Shown piece by piece: positions 1 to 9,753 of a DNA stretch of 43,227 bases. The translations under genes were made by a program, and so were the position numbers. The notes beneath the pieces were generated by a model. The model was not told where the DNA came from. It searched no databases and was given only the letters and a program-made list of their open reading frames with translations. Within the stretch, counting starts at the first letter, position 1, and every line of letters starts with the position of its first letter. The DNA lies in the sequence record SRR2962707_3453, one strand, 5' to 3'.

Positions 1-236
1 GCCATGTTGTAGGGGCGGATCATCCGGCTTTCATCGCGGATCTGTCGGGGGCCCAGTCGCGTGCCCGGGCGGTTCGAGGTGCCGATATCCATCGGGATAC
101 CGATGAAACAGGCATCAAGCCCCTCTGCCGTGTCTTGCGTTGGCAGGCGCATCATCGTGCCAGGTCCACCAGACCGCGGCATCGAATTCCCACCAAGAGG
201 TTGATTGAACGGGGATGGCTTCGTGGGATTATTCAT
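1..236 (-). CDS. speB: Ureohydrolase (agmatinase/guanidinobutyrase family), 5' part; runs off the left window edge
   Basis: Not in the ORF track. Manual translation of the reverse strand from ATG at 236 gives MNNPTKPSPFNQPLGGNSMPRSGGPGTMMRLP...CFIGIPMDIGTSNRPGTRLGPRQIRDESRMIRPYNM, matching the arginase-family N-terminal GxPxDxGTSxRPGxRxGPxxIR motif. Substrate (agmatine vs guanidinobutyrate) cannot be resolved. Confidence 0.85.
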   Translation of the reverse strand, partial: MNNPTKPSPFNQPLGGNSMPRSGGPGTMMRLPTQDTAEGLDACFIGIPMDIGTSNRPGTRLGPRQIRDESRMIRPYNM

Positions 237-632
237 CTCAAACTCTCAACTTGTGCACAGGACTAGGACGGTACTGGCTTGCCATAAGGACTCACTCAGG
301 AACGAAAAGGCATATCAAACCGATTAGAACAACAAAAAAGGCGGCGACGGAAGGCGCGCTTGGCCCCGCTGCCTCATCCACTTGCATCGCCCCTCAGGTG
401 CCAGGTCAAGATTGGTGCTGAGTGTGAAGGCTGACCGAAGGCGGAATATCGCTGCTACAGCCGCAGTCGGAGAAGGAGGTTTTGGGTCAGGTTTTTCGTG
501 TCTCTGGTCTGCCAGCATGGGCCAAGCCGAGGCAAAGTACTAAAGGGCGTGTAGTGGCGGAACCGAGGGGGGGGCAGTCTTGCTTTCTTTTTCGAACTCT
601 CCTGAAGGTGGATATCTGCCAATCTCCGTAAT

Positions 633-1499
633 TTACGTGTCGGCTGCTGCCGAAAACGCCTCCTGGATCCAATCTACGAAAGCGGCTGCAGGCGCGGTAA
701 ATCCACTTGGGGACGGGGTAATCCAGTATGAGGCCCGCGCGGGGATTTCGGAGTCAAAGGGGCGCAACAGACGACCAGATCGCAGAGCCCGTTCTGAGGT
801 CACGTCGTCACCCAGACACAGCCCCATACCGGCCTCGGCGGAAGCATACATGGCCAAAAGCCCGGTATAGACCAAACCCGCATTTTCCAACATGAGGGTT
901 TGACCTTCGCATTCCAACCACTGTGCCCAATCAGCATAGGTGTCTAAATGCAATAGCATGTCCGCAGTAATATCCGCAGCCGTCAGTGTCCCATGTTTGT
1001 GCAGAAAATCTGGGCTGCAGACCGGAAAGAAAGTGACATCGAACAGCGGTTTCGCACCGCGCGGCGGTGTTTCGGTAAAGACGATACCAAGGTCACAGTC
1101 CGGCATGTCTTCGCCCACCGCAACGCTGCGCATTTTCAACGAAACGGCAGGGTAGCGGTTCAGGAACGCCGATAGACGTGGTGCCAGCCATGTGGCGGCA
1201 AAGCCCGACGTCACCGCGATTTCAAGACTTCCCTTGGCTTGGTCCAACCCATTATGCGCCGCATGCAAGAGTGTTAGGGCAGGGCGGATCGCGGCAACAT
1301 AGCGCCGCGCTTCACTGGTCAAAGCCACACCGCGCCCCTTGGCCGTGGTTAAGGTGAACCCCAACTGTGCCTCCAAAGCCCTTAGCTTATGACTGACTGC
1401 GCTTTGGCTTAGATGTACCTCTTTGGCGGTTTCACGGACCGATCCCGTCCGTGCCAATGTGTCCAGAACGATCAAGGCAGATAAAGGGGGTAAACTCAT
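633..1499 (-). CDS. LysR-family transcriptional regulator (GcvA-like)
   Basis: N-terminal HTH (GSVRETAKEVHLSQSAVSHKLRALEAQLG), WLAPRL...F...YP substrate-binding-domain motif, 288 aa, divergent from 1598. Confidence 0.93.
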   Translation of the reverse strand: MSLPPLSALIVLDTLARTGSVRETAKEVHLSQSAVSHKLRALEAQLGFTLTTAKGRGVALTSEARRYVAAIRPALTLLHAAHNGLDQAKGSLEIAVTSGFAATWLAPRLSAFLNRYPAVSLKMRSVAVGEDMPDCDLGIVFTETPPRGAKPLFDVTFFPVCSPDFLHKHGTLTAADITADMLLHLDTYADWAQWLECEGQTLMLENAGLVYTGLLAMYASAEAGMGLCLGDDVTSERALRSGRLLRPFDSEIPARASYWITPSPSGFTAPAAAFVDWIQEAFSAAADT

Positions 1500-1512
1500 G
1501 CAGAATATTCAT
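1498..1512. promoter_or_regulatory. Putative LysR binding site (ATG-N9-CAT, T-N11-A)
   Basis: ATGCAGAATATTCAT overlaps the LysR start codon in the divergent intergenic region; fits the canonical LTTR T-N11-A dyad. Confidence 0.5.
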
Positions 1513-1597
1513 CATTATCAGGAGGAAATATCAATAGACCTGCGAAAAATTAATCAGTACGGCAGAAAGAAGAGATGGCAAAGGTAAGGACGGATCC

Positions 1598-2581
1598 ATG
1601 GACGCGAGCTTTTCCAGACGTAAGCTTTTGGAGCCAGATGAGCTTCGTGAGTTGAATGCGCGATCTGATTTGCGCGGATGGATCCAAATTCTGAGCCATG
1701 TTGGAGCGATTGTTTTGTTTGCTGTGTTGCATGCCTTTGCCATGGGCAGCGTCTGGGTGCTGGTAACAGGCTTCGGTCTCGGCGTTTTGCTGAACTTTCT
1801 ATATGCGGGCCAGCACGAGTTGTCCCATGGCACGGTTTTTGCCAACCGACGCGTCAATGAGATTTGGGGGCGTGTGATCGGCTTTGTGATGATCTTCCCA
1901 CGGGACTATGATCAGATCATGCATTTCGCGCACCACAAATGGACACAAGACTGGGAACGTGACGGCGAACTGGTGCGTGAGCCCTATACTCTGACCTCCT
2001 ATCTATTGTGGGTAAGCGGCGTCACCTATTGGCGCAACCGTGTTGTCGGCGTTTTGCGCCGCGCGCGCGGCATCATCATTGAGCCCTACATTCGCGCCGA
2101 CGAAGAGGCCAAGGTCATCCTCGAAAGTCGCATTCACCTTGCGCTTTATATTCTGATTATCGCCGGATCTCTGGCATTGGGCAATTGGGCATGGGTCACC
2201 TTTTGGCTTCTGCCGATGGTGCTGACCAAGCCAGTGCACCAGCTTCAAAACACGATCGAGCATCTGGGGCTAAGCCACGATGACAATATTCTCGAGAACA
2301 CCCGCAGCACCCGCACCAATGCGCTGTTCCGCTGGTTGTGCTGGCAGATGCCGTATCACACCGCACATCATACTTTCCCATCTGTGCCATTCTGGAAATT
2401 GCGCGACCTTAACGAAAAGATCGAAAAGAAGATCGGCGGCGAGGTCTGGCGCATGGGATGGATCGAGTTTCAGATCGAGGTCATCAAAAAGCTGCGCCAG
2501 AAAGATGAAAGCCAATATCCCATGAATGAAGTCTGGGTCGTTCCCGTCAATGGACGACCGATGCGGGTGGAAGCGGAATGA
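1598..2581 (+). CDS. Membrane diiron fatty-acid-desaturase-superfamily protein (MocD-like oxygenase)
   Basis: His boxes QHELSH, HFAHH, IEH, YHTAHH, hydrophobic helices, and NTRST and PSVPFWKL motifs typical of the rhizopine-oxygenase MocD-like subgroup. Confidence 0.88.
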   Translation: MDASFSRRKLLEPDELRELNARSDLRGWIQILSHVGAIVLFAVLHAFAMGSVWVLVTGFGLGVLLNFLYAGQHELSHGTVFANRRVNEIWGRVIGFVMIFPRDYDQIMHFAHHKWTQDWERDGELVREPYTLTSYLLWVSGVTYWRNRVVGVLRRARGIIIEPYIRADEEAKVILESRIHLALYILIIAGSLALGNWAWVTFWLLPMVLTKPVHQLQNTIEHLGLSHDDNILENTRSTRTNALFRWLCWQMPYHTAHHTFPSVPFWKLRDLNEKIEKKIGGEVWRMGWIEFQIEVIKKLRQKDESQYPMNEVWVVPVNGRPMRVEAE

Positions 2582-3432
2582 GCCAATCTTTGGACGTCTA
2601 CACTTCGCTTTGGGCCATGCAACCCCATGACCAAAGAGGTATCAAACTGCCTTACGATCAGGTGGTCGAGATGGTCTCTGACGCAGGGTATAAAGGCATG
2701 GCGCTGGATTTCGGCGCGACGTCCGTTGAGGATGTCAAACGTATCCAGCCAATGATGGCACGGGCCGGACTGACGCCCTTTCTGGTGGACTTTCCCAAGA
2801 CTGTCGAAGGCCTGCGCCCGACGTTGAAAATGGCCAAGGACTTTGGCGCACCGTTCGTCGTGGTTATTGGACAGGTCATGCCACTGAGTGTTGAGGGGAT
2901 GATCCCGGTGATCCGCGACTGGATTGCAATGTCTGAGCAGGAAGGCATGCCGATCCTGTTTGAGACTCACCGAGATTGCATCACGAATGATCTGTTCTCG
3001 ACGCTCTGTTTGCTTGATGCGATTCCGGAAATGCGTCTGTGTGCAGACCTGTCTCACTATGTGGTGGGGCGAGAAATGGCCTGTCCGCTTCGTCCACGCG
3101 ACGCAGAACACATGAGCCGTATCCTTGCCCGGTCTGACAGCTTTCAGGGGCGCGTTGCCAGCCGCAGTCAGGTTCAACTGCAACTCGATTTCCCGCAGAA
3201 CCAAAAATGGGTCGAGATGTTCAAGCAGCTGTGGGGCGAAGGTCTCGAAGGTTGGAGACACCGAAATGCCGAAGGAAACTGCGTGTTCCTGTGCGAACTT
3301 GGCCCGCCGGATTACGCTATAACCGGGACCGATGGGCGCGAGATGTCAAATCGCTGGGACGAAGCATTACAGATCAAAGAGTGGGTCGAACAGATCTGGA
3401 CAGACCTTGAGCAAAAGAGCCCTTCGGACTGA
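2578..3432 (+). CDS. Sugar-phosphate isomerase/epimerase family protein (xylose-isomerase-like TIM barrel)
   Basis: Metal-binding motifs FETHR, ADLSH, CELGPP; ATGA overlap with the upstream gene indicates translational coupling. Confidence 0.8.
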   Translation: MSQSLDVYTSLWAMQPHDQRGIKLPYDQVVEMVSDAGYKGMALDFGATSVEDVKRIQPMMARAGLTPFLVDFPKTVEGLRPTLKMAKDFGAPFVVVIGQVMPLSVEGMIPVIRDWIAMSEQEGMPILFETHRDCITNDLFSTLCLLDAIPEMRLCADLSHYVVGREMACPLRPRDAEHMSRILARSDSFQGRVASRSQVQLQLDFPQNQKWVEMFKQLWGEGLEGWRHRNAEGNCVFLCELGPPDYAITGTDGREMSNRWDEALQIKEWVEQIWTDLEQKSPSD

Positions 3433-3578
3433 TTGCTCGAAATTTACAGGGGCCAAAACTCCCTGATATAGGCAGCCGATCTTTTCTTGTGTCGCTCGTC
3501 ATCTCTATTGTGCGGCAGTTAAAGCCAGCATTGAAAGCCGCTAATCCGAATATTCAGCTCAATGGATGAATGCCCAAG

Positions 3579-6500
3579 TCAGATCATGATCACATCGTCT
3601 GTAATTTCCGACAATGTAGTGTTGCGAAAATGGACGGTCACTCCGCTGTCTGTGAATACAACTTCTGATCCGTTTTGAACCATGTTGGCGCGTGCTTCTG
3701 CATCGGACTGATAGCCGAAACCCGTGAATTGAAGGGTGTCCCAAAGTTCCAGATCAAGGACAGTATGGGTGCCGCCAATCGTGGCATTAAACTCAAAACT
3801 GTCTGAAAAAACGCCACCTGCCAAAGTGTTACTCCCAGCCGCGCCAATAAGCCGATCATGTACGCCAAATCCGCGCATCCATGTGTTGAGATCGTCGACG
3901 GTGTCCCTTGTGAATTCAGAACTCTCTGAGAACCCAAGAACAACTTCGGACCGGCTATCGCCCTGACCAAGCCGTGCCAGCCAATTTGAAAGGCCACCCG
4001 GGTCTGAGCCACGCCCCAGAACATTTTGATAGAGCAGTTCGATAAACGCGGAATCCGAGAGCGTGTCATAGGTTGCTCGGAATTCTGTCGAGTTAACAAA
4101 ACCGGAAACGACGGTCTCCAATGCATCACCCTGCGCCAACCGATCTATCCAGTTTTTGAAGCCACCTTGATCCGGGTCACGGTTCAAGGTGGAACGATAG
4201 ACGCGGTAGACTTCATCACTCCAATGAGCGGGGTTCGTATCTTCGGTAAAGGTTTGCGCATCTGAGGCCGTGGCACGGCGGAATTCCAGGCTTTGTGCAA
4301 AGCCGAGAACGACGTCCTCGCGGCTATCGCCTAGAGCCAATCGGTTAAGCCAGTTTTGCAGCCCCCCGGGATCAGACGGGCGATCAAGGACGTTTTCATA
4401 CAACAATTCGACAAAGCCTTCGTTGGATAAGGCGCCATAGGTCTGTTGAAATTCACGACTGCGCACAAACCCAGAAGCCGCTTGGGAAAGATCGATCTCT
4501 TGATCAAACAAGCGTTCCGTCCAATTGGCGTGGCCATTTGTGTCAGGGTCGCGGTCAAGGGTCGACCGATACAGACGGAAAACGGCATTGGCTTCGTTTG
4601 GGGCGTAGCTGGCCTGAAAATTGTCTCCAATCAGGACGTCGTCGTTGGCGTTCCCATAGGCGGTGTCTGCGCCTTCGCCCAGAACAATGTGGTTCTGTCC
4701 AGAGGATCCGAAAACAGAATCCGTTCCATCGCTGCCTTGGATGTCGAGATCGTACACGAACCTGTTGCCGTAGATGTTTATCGAATTTGTCGCAGACCAG
4801 TTCTGCAAGGCGAGATCTGACATGTCCAATTGCATTGGACCCGGTGTCGCCTGGTCAAATAAGTCTATGGTAATGCGTCGTGCTAAAGTGTCGTCCGCCG
4901 GGCCAATCAGCGTCAGACCACCCGGTTGATCCAACAAATGCCCGAACTCTTTTGCGTTAAGCTTTAGGGTTTGGAACGCATCGGCCGATCGGCTGAAATC
5001 GATACGTTCGATGTCGCGGATCAACGCTTTGGAAAGATCGAAATAGTTCTCGTCGCCCAAGACAAGAGTATCGAGGCCTGCGCCGCCAAGCAGCTGACTG
5101 TCATCAAAGGGCCGTCGTGTGTGAACGCCGCTGAAATTGCCGTCGCCCAAAAGGCGAAGTTCATCATTGCCATCACCGCCCAGTAATCGGTCTGCACCAC
5201 CAAGCGCGATCAGCGTGTCATTCCCTGCTTCACCGATCAACGTGTCATTAAAGCGGCTCCCCGTCAGCTGATCCGCCCCGGCGCCCGCTTTTATGAAAAC
5301 CGGGTCTGTACCGGGCGATCTGTAGTTTTCGTTGGCGCCAGTCAGGGTTTGAGATTGCATCAGAGCATTGACTGCAAAATCTTCGAAAACGGCTTGGCCC
5401 GTGTCCGACAGACCAGATAGCCGGAACCGACCGTCCCCAAGATCAGTAATTTCCGGCCAAAAGTCCGGAAAGGTCGCCGTGGGAAAATGTACGATTTCCG
5501 ACGTAGAATTTCTGAGATCATAGTCTTGAACAACACGGTTGTAATCCGGGTCGTAAACTTCAAGGGACAAGCCGTTATTTAGCGTAAATCGAACGCTGTA
5601 TCCATTTGATAAGTAGTGTAAATTTTCTTCTGCATTGTAAAGGGCTGTGGCTCCGCCAGTTTCCTTGGATATCCTATAATCCAACGTGCCGGGGGTTGCT
5701 GTTCTACCCCCCGGTATCGACACCACGAAATAGCCAAGGTCGGTATCGAATATCTTGATCGGCCCTGTTGGGCGAAAATATTGCCCACCAGAAAAAGGAT
5801 CATAAAGCTGACCGGATCTAAAGGTTTCTGTGGCCTCAGAATATAAGGTAAATCCAAGTTGTTTGGTGTCGCCCAGGCTATTTGTGCTGAAATGTTCGTA
5901 AATATACAGGGTTTTGCCAGCGCCATCTGAGGCGGCCGCTAAATCCCCGTTTACAGTTTCGACATTCGCCGTACGGGTTTCGGTTTCTGCGGCTGTATCT
6001 AATAAGGTAAAAGGCGTAATCGGATAATGTTTGAACAGTGCCGTTAATCCTGACGTGTCTTGATTATTGGTCGAAGCCCCCAAAATATGAGTACTGACAA
6101 GCTGAAAAGAGCCTCCGGCACGGGCGGATACTTCATAGTCTTGAAGGCCTGACATCCCAGAGGAAATCGTGAAGTTTTCCTCAAACAGGACAATAAAAGA
6201 CGTGTCTTGAACGTTAAATGTCGCCACGCGTTCTCGGCCGTTCACGACCGGTGTCGAGGAGAGCACATAGCCATCTTGGGTAAACGCGACGCCGTCGGCC
6301 GCAACAGGAGTCAGCCGCAGATCTTCGTATGGGGTTCGCGCCGTAAAGGTGTTCTCTTGGGTTTTTAACCCATCTGCGGAATAGCGTTCGATAAAGAACG
6401 TTTTGTTCCACAACGCACCAAATGGGTTGGCTTGCCCCGAAAAGACAAGGGCGAACTCTCCGTTTGGCAGGTTCACCCTTTCCGGTAGACCAAAAACCAA

Positions 6501-8177
6501 TGTGTCGTCGCGGCTGGACCCAATTTGGCTAAGACCTTCTTGCTCTAACTCAATGGCATGTGAAAACTCTGACGTCGCACCTTCTGGGTCCGTGGCCTGT
6601 ATGGTGACATCCAAGAAAGTTGGGGCAGTTTGTCCTTCGTAGACACCAGACAACAATCCGGTCACGCCATCAAACGACAACCAATCGGGCAAGGACGCGT
6701 CTTCGTTCGTTCCGGGGCGTAGCAACCGATAGGTGAGCTCTCCGCCTTCGGGATCGAAAAAACGACCGTCGACCAAATTGGCTTCGACATATCCGGCAGC
6801 GTCCAGTTGTAGCGCTGGCAATGTCGATTGAAGGATCTCGGGAGCCAGGTTCAGATCAACAATCTTTGTGCGAATGCTGGCATCTGAGTTATCGCTGCCG
6901 CTGCGGCTGTAATCTGACCAGACAACGGCAAAGCGACTGTCGTCGAGCTGAATGATCTCCGGTTCGTTCTGAGTTTCCGCAATCACTTCATTGATTTGGA
7001 AAACGTTACTGCGGTTCACCGTTATTCTGTCATCGAACGGATTAAACTCATCAACGATGTCTTCTTCGAGGAAGGTGAGGTCAAACAGCTGCGCCTTGAT
7101 CGATGTACTGGGATCTCGTGCGCCAAGGGCGACGGCCCCGGCGATCCCACTTTCATCTGTCCATGTCACAACGAACCCACTGGGGCCAAAGGCTGCGATA
7201 TTCGGATCAATCTGAACACCGGCATCGGCGGCAATGACAATTTCAGAACCGACCTTCGCCCCTTGCGCCGAGAAAACTTGGGCGCGGATGTCGAATTTCT
7301 GAGACGCGTCGCTGGTACTTTGCCAGTCGTTCCAAGCAACCACAGAGGCACCGTTTTCCAGTACCGTGACCTTGGGGTTGGTCTGTAGATTGTTAGTGGT
7401 TTGGTTGACGGAGACGGTCTCGCCGTTCTTGGTTCCATCCGCGTTAAAGCGTTGGAGGGTGATTCCCGTGCCAGAACGGTCTTGTCCGGCCAGATCCAAA
7501 CCATCCCACACAACGACAAAACTTCCGTCGTCAAAAGACGCGGCATGAGATTGGACACCAAGCCCATAGGACAGATTATTTAGTGGGATCGACCCTACGG
7601 TCGATACGCCATCATTGTCATATATTCTCCCGGTTAAGGAGCCGTCGATGGTTCCGAATGGATCATAGCCGTTGAGGCTGAGGTACGAGATGAAGTAGCC
7701 ACCGTTCTCGAGCGCCGTAAGGCTCGGGGCACCCTGAAGACCTTGCGTATTCAGGTTCACGCGGAATTCCGGCGCCTCTGGAACACCGTTGGCTGAGAAT
7801 TTTCGGGCGTAAACCTCTGATTCAAGAGGGAAAGGAATGTCTACACCGTTGATGGTTTCTGTCGTTGTCCCAGATGTTGTGTTCCAGGTGACAACAAAAC
7901 CTCCGTCCGAAAGCCCAGCGACTACAGGCGTCGACGCTGCCCCTGAGGCTGGGGTAGTCACATCGAATTGCGAACCGATTTTTTGCCCATTGGCGCTAAA
8001 AATCTGACCACGAATAGTCAGGTCAGGTAACGAGACAGCGTCTGTCCAGACAACGACGTAGTTTCCGTTTTCTAAACGCGAAAGACTGGGGGAGACCTGC
8101 GCACCAAGTACAGATGAATTGGCCACCAAATCTGGGGTCCTCGCCGACAGCAAGGCATTGTGAATACTTGATGGCAC
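3579..8177 (-). CDS. Large secreted RTX/DUF4214 surface protein (adhesin or S-layer-associated, probable type I secretion substrate)
   Basis: 1532 aa, GTG start, no Sec signal. About six N-terminal repeats (GxFVVxW...Q.F.A.G.K.G), one cadherin/He_PIG-like module (FFDPEG..LTY...LPDWLSFD...L.G...ATDPEG), GGxGxD Ca-binding nonapeptides, tandem DUF4214-type units (LYxNVLxRxxDxGGLxNW...SRxxVVLGFxxSxEF). Confidence 0.85.
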   Translation of the reverse strand: MPSSIHNALLSARTPDLVANSSVLGAQVSPSLSRLENGNYVVVWTDAVSLPDLTIRGQIFSANGQKIGSQFDVTTPASGAASTPVVAGLSDGGFVVTWNTTSGTTTETINGVDIPFPLESEVYARKFSANGVPEAPEFRVNLNTQGLQGAPSLTALENGGYFISYLSLNGYDPFGTIDGSLTGRIYDNDGVSTVGSIPLNNLSYGLGVQSHAASFDDGSFVVVWDGLDLAGQDRSGTGITLQRFNADGTKNGETVSVNQTTNNLQTNPKVTVLENGASVVAWNDWQSTSDASQKFDIRAQVFSAQGAKVGSEIVIAADAGVQIDPNIAAFGPSGFVVTWTDESGIAGAVALGARDPSTSIKAQLFDLTFLEEDIVDEFNPFDDRITVNRSNVFQINEVIAETQNEPEIIQLDDSRFAVVWSDYSRSGSDNSDASIRTKIVDLNLAPEILQSTLPALQLDAAGYVEANLVDGRFFDPEGGELTYRLLRPGTNEDASLPDWLSFDGVTGLLSGVYEGQTAPTFLDVTIQATDPEGATSEFSHAIELEQEGLSQIGSSRDDTLVFGLPERVNLPNGEFALVFSGQANPFGALWNKTFFIERYSADGLKTQENTFTARTPYEDLRLTPVAADGVAFTQDGYVLSSTPVVNGRERVATFNVQDTSFIVLFEENFTISSGMSGLQDYEVSARAGGSFQLVSTHILGASTNNQDTSGLTALFKHYPITPFTLLDTAAETETRTANVETVNGDLAAASDGAGKTLYIYEHFSTNSLGDTKQLGFTLYSEATETFRSGQLYDPFSGGQYFRPTGPIKIFDTDLGYFVVSIPGGRTATPGTLDYRISKETGGATALYNAEENLHYLSNGYSVRFTLNNGLSLEVYDPDYNRVVQDYDLRNSTSEIVHFPTATFPDFWPEITDLGDGRFRLSGLSDTGQAVFEDFAVNALMQSQTLTGANENYRSPGTDPVFIKAGAGADQLTGSRFNDTLIGEAGNDTLIALGGADRLLGGDGNDELRLLGDGNFSGVHTRRPFDDSQLLGGAGLDTLVLGDENYFDLSKALIRDIERIDFSRSADAFQTLKLNAKEFGHLLDQPGGLTLIGPADDTLARRITIDLFDQATPGPMQLDMSDLALQNWSATNSINIYGNRFVYDLDIQGSDGTDSVFGSSGQNHIVLGEGADTAYGNANDDVLIGDNFQASYAPNEANAVFRLYRSTLDRDPDTNGHANWTERLFDQEIDLSQAASGFVRSREFQQTYGALSNEGFVELLYENVLDRPSDPGGLQNWLNRLALGDSREDVVLGFAQSLEFRRATASDAQTFTEDTNPAHWSDEVYRVYRSTLNRDPDQGGFKNWIDRLAQGDALETVVSGFVNSTEFRATYDTLSDSAFIELLYQNVLGRGSDPGGLSNWLARLGQGDSRSEVVLGFSESSEFTRDTVDDLNTWMRGFGVHDRLIGAAGSNTLAGGVFSDSFEFNATIGGTHTVLDLELWDTLQFTGFGYQSDAEARANMVQNGSEVVFTDSGVTVHFRNTTLSEITDDVIMI

Positions 8178-8556
8178 GGCACGCTCCCTGTTGGACTGTA
8201 GTGTGGGCAGTTTAACCCGAGAATGTCATTGCGCCAAATTTTGTTGGATCCACGCCTTTTCCCTGATGTCCTTGGTGGGGCGTTGAGGGCTGCAGGACCT
8301 TTTTTTCCTTATGCTGGTCCGGGTTTCTGTTGGGACTTCGGGTCTGAAGTCAGCAATATTTGGCAGGGCTAATGAATGCCCTAAGCCTGACTGGAAACAC
8401 GGTCCCAAGCCTTGCAAGTATCTTTTACTGGCGGTGAAACAAACGCGGTACTTTCTGAGACCCAGGCATGGGTTCGCGTTTTTAAGAGGCGAAAGGTGAG
8501 CCGCGACAGGCGAGGCATCATTTGACCTTTCGTGTTTTGATGCACTAAGGAAACTC

Positions 8557-9753
8557 ATGCCCCTCCATTTAAAGAGAGCCAAAGAATTGCAAATTTCCAA
8601 CGCGCCGTTTTCGTTTTTTAGCCCTGAAGCCATTCACTATGGCCGAGGCCAAAGCCAACAAACGGCCACTTTGGCCAAAACTTTTGGCACCAATGCTCTG
8701 GTGGTGCATGGATCCAGCATTTCTCGGGCTGAATGGCTGATCTCTTCCTGTTCTGACCTTGGATTGTCAGTAACGACAATTGGCTGCGGGCATGAACCCA
8801 GCTTGCCTGATATTGAGGCCGCATTAACGCAGCTCAACGATGTGACGCCTGATGTCGTCATCGCACTTGGTGGCGGTTCGGTGATGGATTTTGCCAAGGC
8901 GTTGTCTGCGTTGATCCGATGTAAATCGTCGCCCTCGGACTATCTTGAAGTTGTCGGTGTTGGTCGTCCGTTGGATCATGCGCCCATTCCCATGATCGCT
9001 TTGCCCACGACCGCCGGAACGGGAGCTGAAGTGACCAAAAATGCCGTTATCTCGGTGCCGGATCGCGGGCTTAAGGTGAGCCTGCGCGATCCACGGATGA
9101 TCCCCAGATTTGCGATTGTTGATCCTGCCTTGATGCAGGGGGCCCCAAAGAGGGTTGTTCTCTCCGCGTCTCTGGATGCTGTGACGCAAGTGATCGAGCC
9201 GTTTCTGTGCACGAAGGCCAACGCGATGACGGATGCCCTGTGCCAGACGGCGATCCCGGCAGGCCTGCGCCATTTGCGCGAGGTGGTTGAGCATGACAGC
9301 GCGCCGGCCTGGGATGTTATGTCATGGGTCAGCACCTATGGCGGACTGGCTTTGGCCAATGCGGGCTTAGGCGCAGTCCACGGTTTGGCCGGGGTCATTG
9401 GCGGAAAGACCAATGCACCGCATGGTGAAATTTGTGGGGCCTTATTGCCGACGGTTTTGGCGTCACATGAAGCCAAGGCAAAAGAGGCCGGTGAAAGTGT
9501 CGTGGCTGAGCGTTTGAAATCTGTGCTGTCGATGATTGATGAGAGCTTCGGCGCAGGGCAGCCCGGTGCAGGCATTTCCGGATTAAAGCAGTGGTCCAAA
9601 GAACAGGGGCTGCGCGGACTTGGGGAAATGGGGCTATCGTCTGAGGTCTTTTCTGAAGTTGCCATTGCGGCTTTGAACGCCTCTTCAATGAAGGCAAACC
9701 CGTTTCCGGTGTCCGAACCTGACTTGATTCAGATAATGCACGCCGCGCAATAG
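8557..9753 (+). CDS. Iron-containing alcohol dehydrogenase
   Basis: ALGGGSVMD, PTTAGTGAEVT, VDP and GAVHGLAG...HGE motifs. True start may be the TTG at 8587. Confidence 0.92.
   Translation: MPLHLKRAKELQISNAPFSFFSPEAIHYGRGQSQQTATLAKTFGTNALVVHGSSISRAEWLISSCSDLGLSVTTIGCGHEPSLPDIEAALTQLNDVTPDVVIALGGGSVMDFAKALSALIRCKSSPSDYLEVVGVGRPLDHAPIPMIALPTTAGTGAEVTKNAVISVPDRGLKVSLRDPRMIPRFAIVDPALMQGAPKRVVLSASLDAVTQVIEPFLCTKANAMTDALCQTAIPAGLRHLREVVEHDSAPAWDVMSWVSTYGGLALANAGLGAVHGLAGVIGGKTNAPHGEICGALLPTVLASHEAKAKEAGESVVAERLKSVLSMIDESFGAGQPGAGISGLKQWSKEQGLRGLGEMGLSSEVFSEVAIAALNASSMKANPFPVSEPDLIQIMHAAQ

Noticed and set aside
280-480. Glycine- or guanidine-riboswitch-like fragments (CTCAGG, CCGAAG, GGAGA; CAGGACTAGGACGG) near the ureohydrolase gene
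   Set aside because: Fragments are in the wrong order for a glycine aptamer and on the strand opposite to the ureohydrolase; no ACGR tandem hairpins or ykkC consensus on the coding strand.
2470-3261. 263-aa antisense ORF, and similar long antisense ORFs at 20923-21822, 35271-36176 and 40906-41565
   Set aside because: They lie opposite well-supported genes, lack recognisable motifs and are expected shadow ORFs in GC-rich coding DNA.
8226-8633. 135-aa minus-strand ORF between the surface protein and Fe-ADH genes
   Set aside because: Overlaps the ADH start, no motif or convincing RBS, composition looks like translated intergenic DNA.
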